A stretch of 64,000 nt of DNA from the human T2T-CHM13v2.0 reference genome, Homo sapiens. Shown here in pieces: positions 39,001 through 53,500 of the stretch. The translations under genes and the position numbers were made by a program. The notes below the pieces were generated by a model, which was given only the letters and a program-made list of their open reading frames with translations, had not been told where the DNA came from and did not search any database. The first letter of the stretch is position 1; every line of letters begins with the position of its first letter. The DNA lies in NCBI RefSeq assembly GCF_009914755.1, contig NC_060947.1, one strand, 5' to 3'.

Positions 39001-39424
39001 CATTCCTCTTCACAGTGGAAACCATGCAGTTCAGCACATTAGTGTCTGAGCACAGAATCCTGACAGAAGGCCATCACCAGTTTCTTCTCTAGACCCCAAA
39101 TTTCCCGTGCCCAGAATGCTGCCAATGCCAGTGTGTGTTTCCTGTATTACCTTGCACAGGCATTCGAACCATTGGAGCATGGAAGAAAAAAGTTACTGGG
39201 TCATATGTTAGAAGAACATATCAGCAACAGCATGTCACTTTCCTAATTCTCTGCTGGTGAACACAGCTCACTACAGATATGAAAGACTGTGTGCTCAACT
39301 CAACCAAGACTGACAGCTTCCCAGAAACACTCGCAGTTGCTTCTCAGATATCTCCCTCAGATTGCTCTACTAAGCTACAGTAAAAGAGGTATAGCTCACC
39401 TTTTCCTGAGCCATTTTTCACAGG
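33100..39424 (-). pseudogene. Candidate decayed multi-exon gene (unassigned; weak FAM122/PABIR-like N-terminus)
   Basis: Canonical AG/GT-bounded segments 39424-39400 (ATG MAQEK), 38781-38701, 34818-34756, 34460-34407, 33996-33910; terminal exon from 33242 with stop and AATAAA at 33127-33122. Confidence 0.4.
35125..38495. repeat. Tandem array of about 4.6 diverged ~728-bp units
   Basis: Unit starts 35125, 35840, 36569, 37297, 38025 (taaagagaaaataacttaagcagttgaaac..ctcagctcagccctcctgag); fifth unit internally deleted; older partial copy about 39405-39680. Confidence 0.95.
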
Positions 39425-41348
39425 CTAAGGGTATACACAGAAGCTAAGCCTTCACCAGTAGCCAAGTCTGGAATTCTCAAGGATAATGGAAAGTAAGGTT
39501 CTATCCCCATCATAAAAGTCCTGTCTTTGCCAAAAGGTATACTTCTCACGTTACACTCAACAATATGCTTTGTTGTGGTGCCAGGCATGGAGAAGGGAGT
39601 AGGAAACACTCCCTTGAATGCAGAGTGCCCAGGGCAACTTTCCCACCAGAGTCCCTTGGCCTCAACCTCTAGGAAGCAGCTCCACACAATGCCACTGCTT
39701 ACAGCCCCTTTCCCACCTCTAGCCTGTAGGCCCCTGGTGAAGGGAAGATGTGTCACTCCATCTTTCCTGATCAGAGAAGCCCTTCCCCTTTTCTGAGCCT
39801 CTAACCTCTATAATTCTTGTTATTAAAACAACAGATAAAATGGCTGGGGATCCATGAAATCCATTTACTTCAAAACATATTGTCCCTTCTTTTCACAAGC
39901 ATTTTTACCATCTGTTATCTCTACAACTGCAAAATCACCTTGTGTGTCCTCTGGACAATTATATTGACTGGAAAGTGAAGAGGAGATAGAGGTTGGGGTA
40001 ACTAATGCTTTTTTCTAGCAACAAAAACATACTTTAAAAGGCTTCTTACAGCTTATGATAAATCCCACAGAATTCAAGGCCAGTTAAAACCTAGATCTGA
40101 GTCCCTCTCCACCAGCACTCACAATATTTTGGCTGTGATGCCATGTCAAGGTAAGTATATGTTCTGTAGTCATTAATGTTCTTTGAAAAACAGAGAAAAT
40201 AGCAGTATTTAATACACATTTTTATAGGATTAGATAAGAAACTTCTCGGTTTTAGTAAGGATTTTATCAGTGGTAGCTTTGGCTGATTTGTTTTAGCATC
40301 ATTACCACCACTCTCATCATCACCATCGCCATTATATCTTCCTTTCTAGTAGAATAAGATGTCTCTCAAAATGACCATTGTTGTCCCAGTTACACTACTG
40401 GATGCATTTAACAGGGAACTAGTATAACAAGGAATACAATCAGTTGCATTTTTCTCACTGGCTAATATCTCCCACTTGTGGCTGGCCCTTATGCTCCAAA
40501 ATAACATGTTGGGCACTAAGAAGACTCAAGTTGGCATTTAAGTTAGGAGAGACAAGCCTTCAATTCCCAGGGATAAAAATGTCCCTTTCTCATGACTACA
40601 AAATAAAAAAAAAATTGTATCAAAGACTTTTTCAAATTTCTGAGTGTGAGAGCATAAATTTACTTGATAAAAATTAATGTCAAGAGTCCTAATTTTTTAA
40701 AAATGGGTATTGTCAAGGAACAGCCTAACTGGAAATGATCCAAAATGGTCACAGTGAGTGTAATTCTATGTAGACAGATTTTTAGTGAATTTGATTTCAT
40801 TATATTCTCCTGAAATCTCTCTACTTTGTACATGAGCACGTATTATATCTGTAACCCAAAATGTCATTTTAAAAAAAGATAAAAATATCAGTCTTCATAT
40901 TTGTTTTTCTGTTTGAGTGAATACTAGTGAAATAAATTGCCTCCTACATATATAACCCATAGACTTTCAGTCCAAAGCCTTGCTTTAAAGTGTCCATTAT
41001 CATGCATTCCCTTTCCATGACATAAGAGGCCTCTTATTTCCATGAAATAAGAGGCGTGAAAAAACATGTTAAGGCAAATGTGAGTTTGACATGGAACACT
41101 TCACACGAAAATTTGTAGCACATTAACATTCCCATTAGTGAACAGTCATTCATTGACTACATGCCTGATGAGACTGCCTGTGCTGGCCTAGGAATGAACT
41201 CCTGGGAAGGATCTAAGGGGCAAGGTCCCACTTTAAATTCAGAGGAGGCCCACTTTCTTTTTCATCCAGCATCCTGATCCCTGAAACTGTCACCAGAGAG
41301 ACACCTTTTTGGATCCCCCTACTTTATGAATGCTTCTAAAGTGCCAAT

Positions 41349-41480
41349 AGAGCCAGGCATAATGGCTGATGCCTGTAATCCCAGACTTTTGGGAGGCTGA
41401 GGAAGGATTGTTTGAGCCCAGGAGTTTGGAGCCAGACTGGGCAACACAGCAAGACCCCATTTCCACAAACAATTTTTTTA
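41349..41480 (+). mobile_element. Alu monomer (FLAM/AluJ-like)
   Basis: gcctgtaatcccag..gagcccaggagttt.. Confidence 0.8.
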
Positions 41481-44400
41481 AACCCCAAATTTTAAAATGC
41501 CAATAGTCAGTAGAATTACCAACTAAACCATCATTTAGGTTTTCCCCACAGTCTCTTCCACAACAGTGAAGTGACTTAAGATGACTGTGCCATTGCAGGG
41601 GCAGAGGGCACAACACACGCGTGTGTAACAGAGAGGAGTCACAGTCACCTTGTTTCACACCTACTTTTGACTAGGAAATAAGCCACTCTAGGTCACTATC
41701 ACATTATTTGGTTAAGAAACATAGGTTTGGGGTAAAGCTTTTCTATGTATATCTCAGGTCTCAGTTTTTCATTGGGTGGCAAATAACAATGACCCTCATC
41801 ATCCAAGGATTTAAAGTAACTTAACAAAATACAGGGATAAATCAGAAGAGTGTGAATGTCACTGTGTTGGATAAAGGCTAGACATTTTAGTGTCTATTCA
41901 AAAGGAAGTGTGGAATTTGACCTAAGGTGTGTGGCTTCAGGTTCTGTGATGCCACCTTCTGAATGAAAATTGTGTCAAGAGAAAGGTAGAGAAACCAAAC
42001 GAGAAGTATCTACTGGGACTAAAGGTTAAAAGTCTCTTTGAGAACATTTGAGAAGAGTGCATATTTCCATCTAGCACTTTTCTTCTCTCTGTCAAATTGT
42101 CAAATGTCTTCACCTGAATTTCAATAAATTAATCACCACACCTAAAAGAAATTACTTTACATAGGCAAAGAAAGAGAAGAGACCTCTCTGGCACTGCTAG
42201 TCAACAGGCTCCCTCCAGGCTGCTCAGTTTACAGACGGTAGTGAGTCCTGATGGGTGCTGGGTGTTGAGCCCTGTCAGCCTCCATGTAAGGTGTCCGAGC
42301 TGGCCAGAACAGAATGTGGCTCAGAAAAAGGAAAAGCTTGGGGTCCTGGCTGCCTCTTACTTCACAGCAGGATTAATGAGGTATGGTTTCCAAGGAGATG
42401 CCTCAGTAATCCCTGAGGAAGCTTGCTGGCCCTGGGAAGGCAAACAAACATTTAAATGACATTATGGCAAAGTCAAACAGATTGGACAGGAGTGGGGAAG
42501 CAGTGATAGGAAGGGAGTGAAACCAAGCACCCTCATGTTCTCCAATATATGGATTTAGGAAGTAAGATACTAATTCCTTAACCATCTCTTGTGTGCTAGG
42601 CCCTTATCAAGGATGATCACACTTGATTCTACAATATCCCTGAAACCATGGTATGAATCCCATTGTGCATATGAGGAAACTGAGGCTCAAAGATGATAGT
42701 GAGAAAGGGCCATGGGACTTTCAGACTCAGATACTGGAAACTGGGAATGAGACATGATATGTGGTCCCAGCAATGTCCGCAAAGCAAAGAACTGGCCAAC
42801 AGTGCCTGACTGGGTGAAGATTTGAAGGTGCATCAATGTATGTATTACTTTCATTGTTAGCCTATGCCTTCCTGGACTCCTGACAAGTAAATGTCCTCCC
42901 CTTCATGGTGCAGGTAGACTGGCAGAGTACCATTCTCCACCACCCACTTGGTCCACGAGTCCTATCTTTCCCCTTTTTTTACAGATAGACATGGCCTTAA
43001 ATTACCTTCAGATCCATGTTTTTACACCAGACATAAGACACCTGAGTAGCACTCCCACAATCTTTTCATTCCTGGAGTTTATTTTTGACTGTCCAGTTCA
43101 TCTTGCTGCTGACTGTTACTGCAAGAGTTCCAAAGAGGATCAAAAGATCAAAACTTTGATGGCACAATGTCAAGATCAGGTTTTTTTGAAATCAGCGTAA
43201 TTCAAATAAATTAATTTGTCTGTAAGTGGCACCCACACTGAACAGAGAAATACAAATAATGACTAAAAAGAGATGCTACTCTCTAGCAGGGTCTCTACCA
43301 TGGAGTTAATAATCAGTGTCCATGGACTGACCCTAACATTGTTGGTAGTTACTAGCTTAGAGATTCTGGAAACGGGTTTCAACACCATCATAAATGATGG
43401 TACACCTGACGGGAGACAGGTGGTGCCCTCCACCCAATACCTATCACTTCATACAAGATAAGGTTGCTCTTACTTGTCTGGCTGTTCTGGACAGTTTGTT
43501 CTGGCTCCACTGTATCCATGTTACAGGCTCACAGGCTGACCAGTCCTGGACATTCCCACCACAGGTCCTGAAGGAGATAGTGGCTGTATAAATCTACAAG
43601 GAGACTTGCCTATGGGTGGACAACCCAGCACCACTGTAAGTATGTACTTGGAAATTCATACGATAGGTGGCTGGGCTACTCATCCTCATTCCCTTATGTA
43701 GAAGTCCTTCTGAAAATACCTGATGGGGACTGAGTACTCAATCATGTATCCTGTGCCAGGTAGGCTGAAAGAGTGAAAGGTAACTTACACTGAGCCTCGG
43801 TGTAAGACTGAGACTGCATAAGGACAATTAACACTGCTTTTCAGAGGCCTGATTGCCCCTGCCAAAGGATACCATAGGTCTTCTTGCTTTAAGTAAACAT
43901 CACAGGGAAATTATAAAATATTATGCCAAGACACAATACCCCCCTTTTTTTTTTGCTAGAAGGGGAGTTTCAGAGGAGTCCTTTTATGTTGTTATTCTTC
44001 AGTGACAAGGCAATTGATTTATGCAAAACTATGGGTAACAAATCTTTGGTTTTCCTCACTTTGTTACTGATTAGTGACACTCATACCGTGCAATATTATG
44101 CATAATAAATTTCCAAATGGATTTCAGCTGAGTATTCAGTATGTTACTGAATACTGGCACTGAAGACCATGAAATGCACATAATAGAACTGTACTTTTGG
44201 TGTGTTACTGTCAGTAATCAGTAACATAACTTAGAAAATTTCTTAAATTAAAATGAAGTTAACATCATTTAGAACAGTTTCATAAAGAATTCCTTATGCT
44301 AAGTAACGTTATTATCATCTGACATTGAACATAGTTTTTTTTTTTTTTTTTTTTTGGAGAAAACAATGGCAAAAATCGGACAGTTGGTAATACAATGTAA

Positions 44401-45496
44401 ATCTGGGAGATTTGCTCTTAATTGGCAAGTATACCTTTAGGATACTATGGGCAACGGGTATGTAATACAAGTTCTTCATTCCATAAGGAGATATTGTTCA
44501 AGGTCCAGGGCTCTGCCTGAAAAGCCAAGATTAATGAGGCTAGTTAGCATCCTAATTTCTCAAATTTGCATTCCTGCCAGTAACAAATACACAGATAACA
44601 CAAAATCCAAATACCAGCAATCAATCTTACTGATTTGTAAATATAATATAAGTGGATTATACTTAGAGAACGTCCATGTTCACCAATATAGAAGTCATTA
44701 AATCATTTCAAGAAGCAATATACACATTTCTAGTCAGTATCAAGAATTAACCAGCAAAAAGGCTAATAAGCAAACACAACCATCACCATTATAAAAGGGA
44801 AGTATTTGTGTTTTACTTCAAACCAAGCACCAGGTTACTCTCAGTGTTTACCGTCCTCAGGTTTTAGAGCAAAACAAGGGTTTTCCTTTAATGTTTCCCT
44901 TTCATACTAGATGTCATACAATGTAGGCATGAGTATAAGGAGGCAGGCATTGTTCATTTCTTACTCCTATATACTTGCACTTGAGGTATTAAGACACAGT
45001 CAGCCCAGGTGGCCAAAGGGGTGGGGACAGCACATGATGGAATGGGGGAAGAGCAGCCTATTCCAGCCAATTCTTGTCTTGACCAGCCTGGCTCTAGATC
45101 ACTCTTCTTTAACTCGTTTGCATATAAAAACTACACACATCATGTTTTCTGCGGGAGAACACCTGGAAATGAGGCCCAAAGCCAAATTTAAAGAAAAACA
45201 GTATATTAAATACACAATTATGGTTTTAAAATAAAACTGTGCAACGTGACCTGCAAATGTCATTCATTCCAGAAAACTGAACGCATTCAATCTGACCATG
45301 AATTTACTCATTTTTAAATTGAATATTCCCTATAAATTTCAAGGGAAACTTATGCAAAATACTAGGAACAGAATTGGACTGAATAACGTGATTTTCGACA
45401 CGCAATTCACTTGAGATATAAGATTACAAACAACGTTCAATCATGATCGGTGACCAACACTTCAGGCATTCACTGTCGTAAAACAAGTGCTGGGTC

Positions 45497-45767
45497 TGTT
45501 CTCACTCATAGGTGGGAATTGAACAATGAGAACACATGGACACAGGAAGGGGAACATCACACACTGGGGCCTGTTGTGGGGTGGGGGGAGTGGGGAGGGA
45601 AAGCATTAGGAGATATATACACCCAATGTAAATGACGAGTTAATGGGTGCAGCACACCAACATGGCACATGTATATATATGTAACAAACCTGCATGTTGT
45701 GCACATGTACCCTAAAACTTAAAGTATAATTTAAAAAACAAACAAACAAAAGAACAATAACAACAAA
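45497..45767 (+). mobile_element. 5'-truncated L1PA 3' end
   Basis: L1 3'UTR (GAG-type, cttaaagtataat); 17-bp TSD aaaacaagtgctgggtc at 45480-45496 and 45768-45784. Confidence 0.95.
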
Positions 45768-46673
45768 AAAACAAGTGCTGGGTCAATATATGTGGTTTTA
45801 CATTGAATATACTACAAAACTTCCTTCATTTTTGGTATATCTATGAAATAAGCTACACAAAGACTAAAACTTCACCAAATACAATGGTATTAAAGCAATT
45901 TAATGGTAAAATAAAATCAAAGTTCAGGCTACCTGGTAACTTGAGGCCAGAACTGTTGTAAAGCAGGAGGCACAAAGCCAATTAAAACATTTCCCTTATT
46001 GTGCATGGAAAATAACAAAAAATTTTTTTACCCAAGCTTATGAAATGTACCAGGATCACATGTAATTGAATAAAATGATACCAAATACCCAATTCTTCTG
46101 CAAAATAAAACCCCCTGGTCATCAACCAGGTTTGTATCTAAATTAATGATCTCATTTCTGCATTTCCCCCCACTACCTACATAATCAAGAATTTATAAAT
46201 GCTTTTGAAAAGCACCTATATAATTCTGTTGGTTCCCTGAATCATGGGTTGAGTAAAATTTTACAGCTGTTCACCAATAATCTGTGTGGGATTTATGGTT
46301 TGTAACAATTTGGGAATTGTGTTTTCAAACCACTTTCTGGAAATGAGGATACATTTTCCAAGAGCCTGCTGGCTGACTTCTCACATAGTGTTGACCAAAA
46401 TGAGGTAACGATTCATTTACTAAGAGGCTTGGGATAATCCTAACTGGTTTAGAGGATTCAACATCTGGGACAGAAGGATCACCAGTGGGGACACTATCCC
46501 CCAGGTTACCACAGGACTCTATCTTAGATGTTTTATAATGCAGGAGTCAACATCAGTCACTGAATGGCAGGGGATATCGCTTCTGAACAAGATATGGACC
46601 ACATTTACAGGACCAGGGAGGGAAAGGTGCCATATTCATTCAGACTCTATTTCTTTCTCAATAGTGTCTGACA

Positions 46674-46679
46674 TTTATT
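46674..46679 (-). terminator. AATAAA polyadenylation signal of RTL8B (proximal)
   Basis: Position homologous to the RTL8C signal (aataaatgtcagaca). Confidence 0.65.
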
Positions 46680-47484
46680 GAAAATATGGAAAATACTTTT
46701 CTCCAGGTAGTATAAAGGAGTTAAGCAGAAGATACAAGTTATTTTGTTGATCAAAAAGCACCTGAGAAAATGCTGCAAATTCAGAAGAGAAATGGATTCT
46801 GGGCAAAACTAACTGGTCCACAAGAGAAAATGAGAGACTCGATTTGGCTGCCAGGCACAACTGAGCCCTGGCAGCCATGTGGCAGGAGCACAAAAAGTCT
46901 CTGGGATTGGGGAGGAAATGGGTCTCGCTGAAGGTAACAGGTCCCTTGAGGGGCAGCCAGCTGTCTGGATCATTGTCCAGGGGCTGTGTCCAGCCCAGAT
47001 ACCTCCGAGGTGAGTACAGATCACTAGAAGCAGCAGTCTGTCGGTGGAATGCGATGGATGGCGATGGCAGTGGCAGCGCAGGTCTGTGGGCAGCATGATG
47101 TAGTCGTCTGGAAGTCTGGTGAGGAGGAGGGGGGTTGGCAGCGGCGGCTGTCAGTGGTCTGTCAGTGTGTAACAGGAGCTCAGCTTTGTGCAACTGGAGC
47201 GCAGGACAGCGTCCAAATGTGCATGGGAGGGGCTGAGCTGGCACGAGAGGGCGGAGGCAGCCCGCTCCAGAGTGAGGCCCAGGGGCGGCAGCAGGAGCCT
47301 GGAGCGCTATTCCTGGAACAAAGGCAAGCACTACGCGGGAGGGGACAGGAGCGCAGGGGACATCGTGGCGGCTCGAGGGGGAGGGAGGCGCGGAGGGAGG
47401 GCGCCGGTGGCGACCCTGGCGGCGGCCAGTAACACAGCGGACCCTTCCCAGAGCACCGGTCCCCAGGCCCGAGGGTCTCCCGGC

Positions 47485-48160
<676 letters not shown>

Positions 48161-48729
48161 GCTTGGAGAGCAAAGCCTGTAAGTTCTTTAAAGCTGATTA
48201 GTCAGCCTGGTATATCTATTCCTTGTCCCATGCTCTCTGTCCTTCCATGTTCCTTCGCAAACCCTCAGCTATGACACTTTTGAAAATTATTGGTCAACAA
48301 TTTTTTTTAAATGTCCCTAGATTTGCTTTCCTCTGATGTTTTCTCATGATTAGAATCAGTTATTTTTGCCAGGTATACTACAGCAAAGATTTTGTGTGTT
48401 AGTTTATCATATCAAGGTGTTCATGATGTAGTATATTTTGTTATTGATGATGTGTACCTTGATCACTTGTTTGCCATAGATACTTTCAACGCAGTTGGGT
48501 TGACTAGGTTATGTAAGTCCTGATGAGCAGAGTAGCACCCATATTTCCGAAACATCCATACAGGCCATTCAGTAAAAGTGTCCTACCAGTACAACTAAAT
48601 GTGATATATCTTTCCTCCAAATTACAAGATACCCTCCATGAATTTTATCTATTTCTTAATAGGAAATGAAATCAGTCAAATGCATTTTCTGTGTCTATTG
48701 AATATGGTCCTATGGATTTTCTCTTTGCG

Positions 48730-49218
48730 TTAGCTTTTTGTTGCTGTCTTAACGAATTACCACAAATTTAGTGGTTTAAAACAACACAAATTTATCATCT
48801 TATTGTTTTGTAGGTCAGAAGTTCCATATGGGTCATACTAGACCAAAGTCATAGTATTGGGAGGCTATGTTCCTTTCTGGAGATTCTATGAAATAATTTC
48901 TTTCCCGTTCAGTTAGACTATTGGCAGAATTCAGTTCCTTGTGGTTGTAGGATTGAGGTAGTGTTCTTGCTCTGTAATATGAGGGCCATTCCCAGCTTGT
49001 AGAGGACGCCATATTTACTGGCTCAATGCCACCTTCTTCCCCTTCAAAGTCAGCAATAGTGGGTGTCAAATTTTTCTCATGTGGCTTCTTTCTAATCCTC
49101 TCTGCCTTCATCTTCCACTTTTAAGAGTTCATATGATTAGATAATTGATGATAATCTTCATATTTTCAGTGCAACTGATTAGCAACTTTAGTTCTGTCTG
49201 CAGCTTTAATTCCTTCTT
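48730..49218 (-). mobile_element. MLT1-type MaLR LTR (resumes about 50096-50165)
   Basis: taacgaattaccacaaatttagtggtttaaaacaacacaaatttatc and related motifs. Confidence 0.8.
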
Positions 49219-50089
49219 TGTAGGGAGACCCCCTGAAACTATTGCTATGGAATAAAAGATGAAATACTCCTGATTATTGTAAATACAAAATTGCATGCAG
49301 GATTGTATAAAGACAATGCCAGGTTGGAATGCCACAAAGAGCCAACAGCACGTGATGTGCTTCCCCCTGCAGAGAGCCTATGAATGGATGTGCAGTCAGG
49401 GAGGTTTCACATCACCGAGATTCCTATCCCAGAAAAGCTGATGTTCATAGCTCTGGGAATGGAATGCGACCCTCGTGGAGAGCCTATAAATGAACGCATG
49501 AAGGGTGCCTGTCCATATGGATAAGATAGGGCTATAAATGCCCTCATCTTGCCACGGCTCTTCTAGGCCTCTTTAGGGTTAAGGCATACTCCCTTCTGAG
49601 AATTTCTGGTCTAACCAGTTGTCTAGCTTCACGTCCTGTTTCTATGGATTGTTTGTAACCAGTTTTTGCTGCAACTGTTACTGCTGATTAATATCTTGCT
49701 AATCATAGGTTATGGAAAGACTGTTTCTGTTTTAAGGCTCTGTTAGAAATTACTGATGCACACACTATATTGTAAATTCTTTTCTCTGTATACTGTACTT
49801 CTGCATACAGATGTTATGTTAAAGAATTACTTAATCCCCATGTGACCATCTCACCTCATAATCAAATGACCTTAAATCCCTCACTAACCTACCCCCGCCC
49901 TCACTAAACTTAATAATAAATGCTGATATATCCAGTGCATTGTTGGCACCGCGGGACCAGAAGGCGGTGACCCCCCGGACCCAGCTTTCACTATCTTGTG
50001 TGTGTCTATTATTTCTTGACCTGCTGATCTGCCTGGGAACAAAGAGAGAGCCCCGTTGCATTGCCGGCTGCTGGCCAGATCCCGCAGTA
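49219..50089 (+). mobile_element. Solo HERV-K-group LTR (MER11D-like)
   Basis: tgtagggagaccccctgaaac start; tataaa boxes; aataaa near 49915; 6-bp TSD cttctt at 49213-49218 and 50090-50095. Confidence 0.8.
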
Positions 50090-50519
50090 CTTCTTGCTTT
50101 ATATTTTCAGGTTCTGGGAATTAGGACACACACATCTTTGGGGGATTGCCATTTTGTCTGCTACAGTTCCTTTTAGTTAGTACAGTAAATTATAATTGAT
50201 TTTGATTCATAAAACAACCTTGCATTGCTGGGATAATTTCATTTAATCACGGCATATTATTCTTTTTATATTTTACTAGATTAGGCAAATGGATAAATAA
50301 ATTATCGCATAGTCATACAATGGAATTCTGTATTAGTACACACAGCAATGTGGAGGAATGCTACAGATGTTACATTGAATAGAAGTTGTGAGGCACAAAA
50401 TTTGTATATACTTTAGGATTCCACTTTATATCAGTGTTAAAAATAGGCAAAGCTAAATGCTTATAGAATTCAGAATAGTGGTCATCTCAGGGGAGGAGGA
50501 ACTATAGTGTGTAAAGCTG

Positions 50520-53500
50520 GATAAAAGAAACTTGTAAGATGCCAAAAATGCTTTCCCAAGTGGCTAACATTCTGTATTCCCACCAGCAATATATGAGAGA
50601 TTAAGTTGCTTTTCAAACCCATTTATGCTCAGTATTGTCAGGTTTTGTTTTGTTCTGGGTTCTTTATTTGTTGGTTTTCTTTTTTATTTCAGCCATGCTA
50701 ATAGGTGTGATTGTGGTTTTAATTTGCAATTCCCTAACTTCATAAATTAGGGAACACAGAACACACATAGACACAGAAAATGCATTTGACTGATTTTACT
50801 TCCTACTATTAAGAAACAGATAAAATTCATATGTCCCTGAACACCTTTTTTGTTGCTTATTTGTCATACATTTATCTTTTTTAGTGAAATGTCTCTTCAG
50901 ATATTTTTTTCCATTTTAAATCAGGTTGTTGACCTATACATTGTTGTTTTGAGAGTTCTATATGTATCCTGTATTCAAATCTTCATTAGATATGCCACTT
51001 ACAAATATTTTCTCCCAGCCTGTGCCTTCTCTGTTCATTCTCTTAACATTGTCTTTTGAAGAGCACATGCTTTTTAATATGAAGTCCAATTTACCAAATT
51101 TTGCTTATGAGAATTGTGCTTTTGTTGTGATAGCTAAGAAATCTTTGTCTAATCCAAGGTTTCAAAAGTTGTTTTTTCCTGTTTTCTTCTAGGAGCTTTA
51201 TAATTTTAGGTTTTACCATTAGGTCTATTAACGTTTTTTAGTTAATTTTTGCATATGGTGTGAGATATGGATCAAATTAATTTTTTTTGTAAATAGACAT
51301 TCAACTTTTCCTGCATCATTTTGAAAATATTATCCCTTTTCCACTGAATTGCCTTTACAACTTTACAAAAATCAGCTGTCCATATATGTGTGGGTCTATT
51401 TCTGAATTGCATATCCAGTTCTATTCATCTACAGTTGGTCCTCTATATCCATGGGTTCTGCATCTGCAGATTCAACCAATGGCAGATCAAAATATTCTGG
51501 AAAAAAATAATAAAAAATAATTTGTATACATTGATTTTGTATGCTGTGACTATACTGAATTCGTTTATCAGATCTAGGAGCTTTCTGGATGAGTCTTTAG
51601 GATTTTCTAGGTATAGAATCATATCATTGGTGAACAACAACAGTTTGACTTCCAATAAATATAGTACATTTATTGATTTGCATATATTAAACCATCCCTG
51701 TATCCCTGGTATGAAACCCACTTGATTATAACATATTATCTTTTTGATATGCTGTTGGATTCAGTTAGCTAGTATTTTATTGAGGATTTTTGCTGCTATA
51801 CATCAATAATGACCAAGCCGAGAATCAAATTAAGAACTCAATCCCTTTCATAACAGCTTCAATAAAACTACTTAGGAATATACTTAATGAAGGAGGTGAA
51901 ATATCTTTATAAGGAAAACTACAAAACACTGCTGAGAGAAATCATTGATGACAGAAGTGGAAACACACTCCATGCTCATGGATGGGAAGAATCAATATTG
52001 TGAAAATGACCATACTGCCCAAAGCAATCTACAAATTCTATGCAATTACCATCAAAATACCCTCATCATTCTTCACAGAAGTATAAAAAACAATCTTAAA
52101 ATTCATATGGAACCAAAAAAAAAGAGCCCACATAGCAAAAGTCATACTAAGCAAAAAGAACAAATCTGGAGGCATCGCATTTGCTGACTTCAAGTTATAC
52201 TACAAGGCTGTAGTTACCAAAACAGCATGGTACTGGTATAAAAATAGGTATGTAACAGAATGGAGAACCCAGAAATAAAGTCAAACACAACCAACATATC
52301 TTTAAAAAAGCATACAAAAACATAATTTGGGGAAAGGACACCCTATGCAATAAATGGTACCGGGAAAACTGTCAAGACACATGTAGAAGAATGAAACTGG
52401 ATCCCCATCTTTCACCTTATAAAAAAATTCAACTCAAGATGGAGCAAAGACTTAAACCTTAGACCTGAAACCATAAAAATTCTAGAAGATACCATCATAA
52501 AAACTCTTCTAGACATTGGCTTAGGCAAATAATTCATGACCAAGACCCCAAAAGCAAATGCAACAAAAATAAAAATAAATAAATGGGACCTAAAAACTGA
52601 AATCTTCTGCACAGCAAAAGAAATAATCAGTAGAGTAGACAGCTAGTATTAACAAACTATGCATTCAACAAAGGACTAATATTCAGAATCTACAAGGAAC
52701 TAAAAAAAATCAGCAAGAAAAAAAACTCATCAAAAAGTGGGCAAATGACATGAATAGACATTTCTCAAAAGAAGACACACAAACAGCCAGTAAACATGAA
52801 AATATGCTCAACATCACTAATCATCAGGGAACTGCAAATTAAAACCACAGTGAGTAGTGCCGCAATAAACATACGTGTGCATGTGTCTTTATAGCAGCAT
52901 GATTTATAGTCCTTTGGGTATATACCGGCACTATTCACAATAGCAAAGACTTGGAACCAACCCAAATGTCCAACAATGATAGACTGGATTAAGCAAATGT
53001 GGCACATATACACCATGGAATACTATGCAGCCATAAAAAATGATGAGTTCATGTCCTTTGTAGGGACATGGATGAAATTGGAAACCATCATTCTCAGTAA
53101 ACTATCGCAAGAACAAAAAACCAAACACCGCATATTCTCACTCATAGGTGGGAATTGAACAATGAGATCACATGGACACAGGAAGGGGAATATCACACTC
53201 TGGGGACTGTGGTGGGGTCGGGGGAGGGGGGAGGGATAGCATTGGGAGATATACCTAATGCTAGATGACACGTTAGTGGGTGCAGCCCACCAGCATGGCA
53301 CATGTATACATATGTAACTAACCTGCACAATGTGCACATGTACCCTAAAACTTAGAGTATAATAAAAAAAAAAAAAATAAAAAAAAAAAATAAAACCACA
53401 GTGAGATACCACCTTACTCCTGCAAGAATGGCCATAATTTAAAAGTCCAAAAACAATGGATGTTGGCATGGATGTATGGAAAAGGGAACATTTTTACACT

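Noticed and set aside
44335-44355. Poly-T run as tail of a processed pseudogene
   Set aside because: No polyA signal at the expected distance, no clear TSD and no recognisable coding homology.
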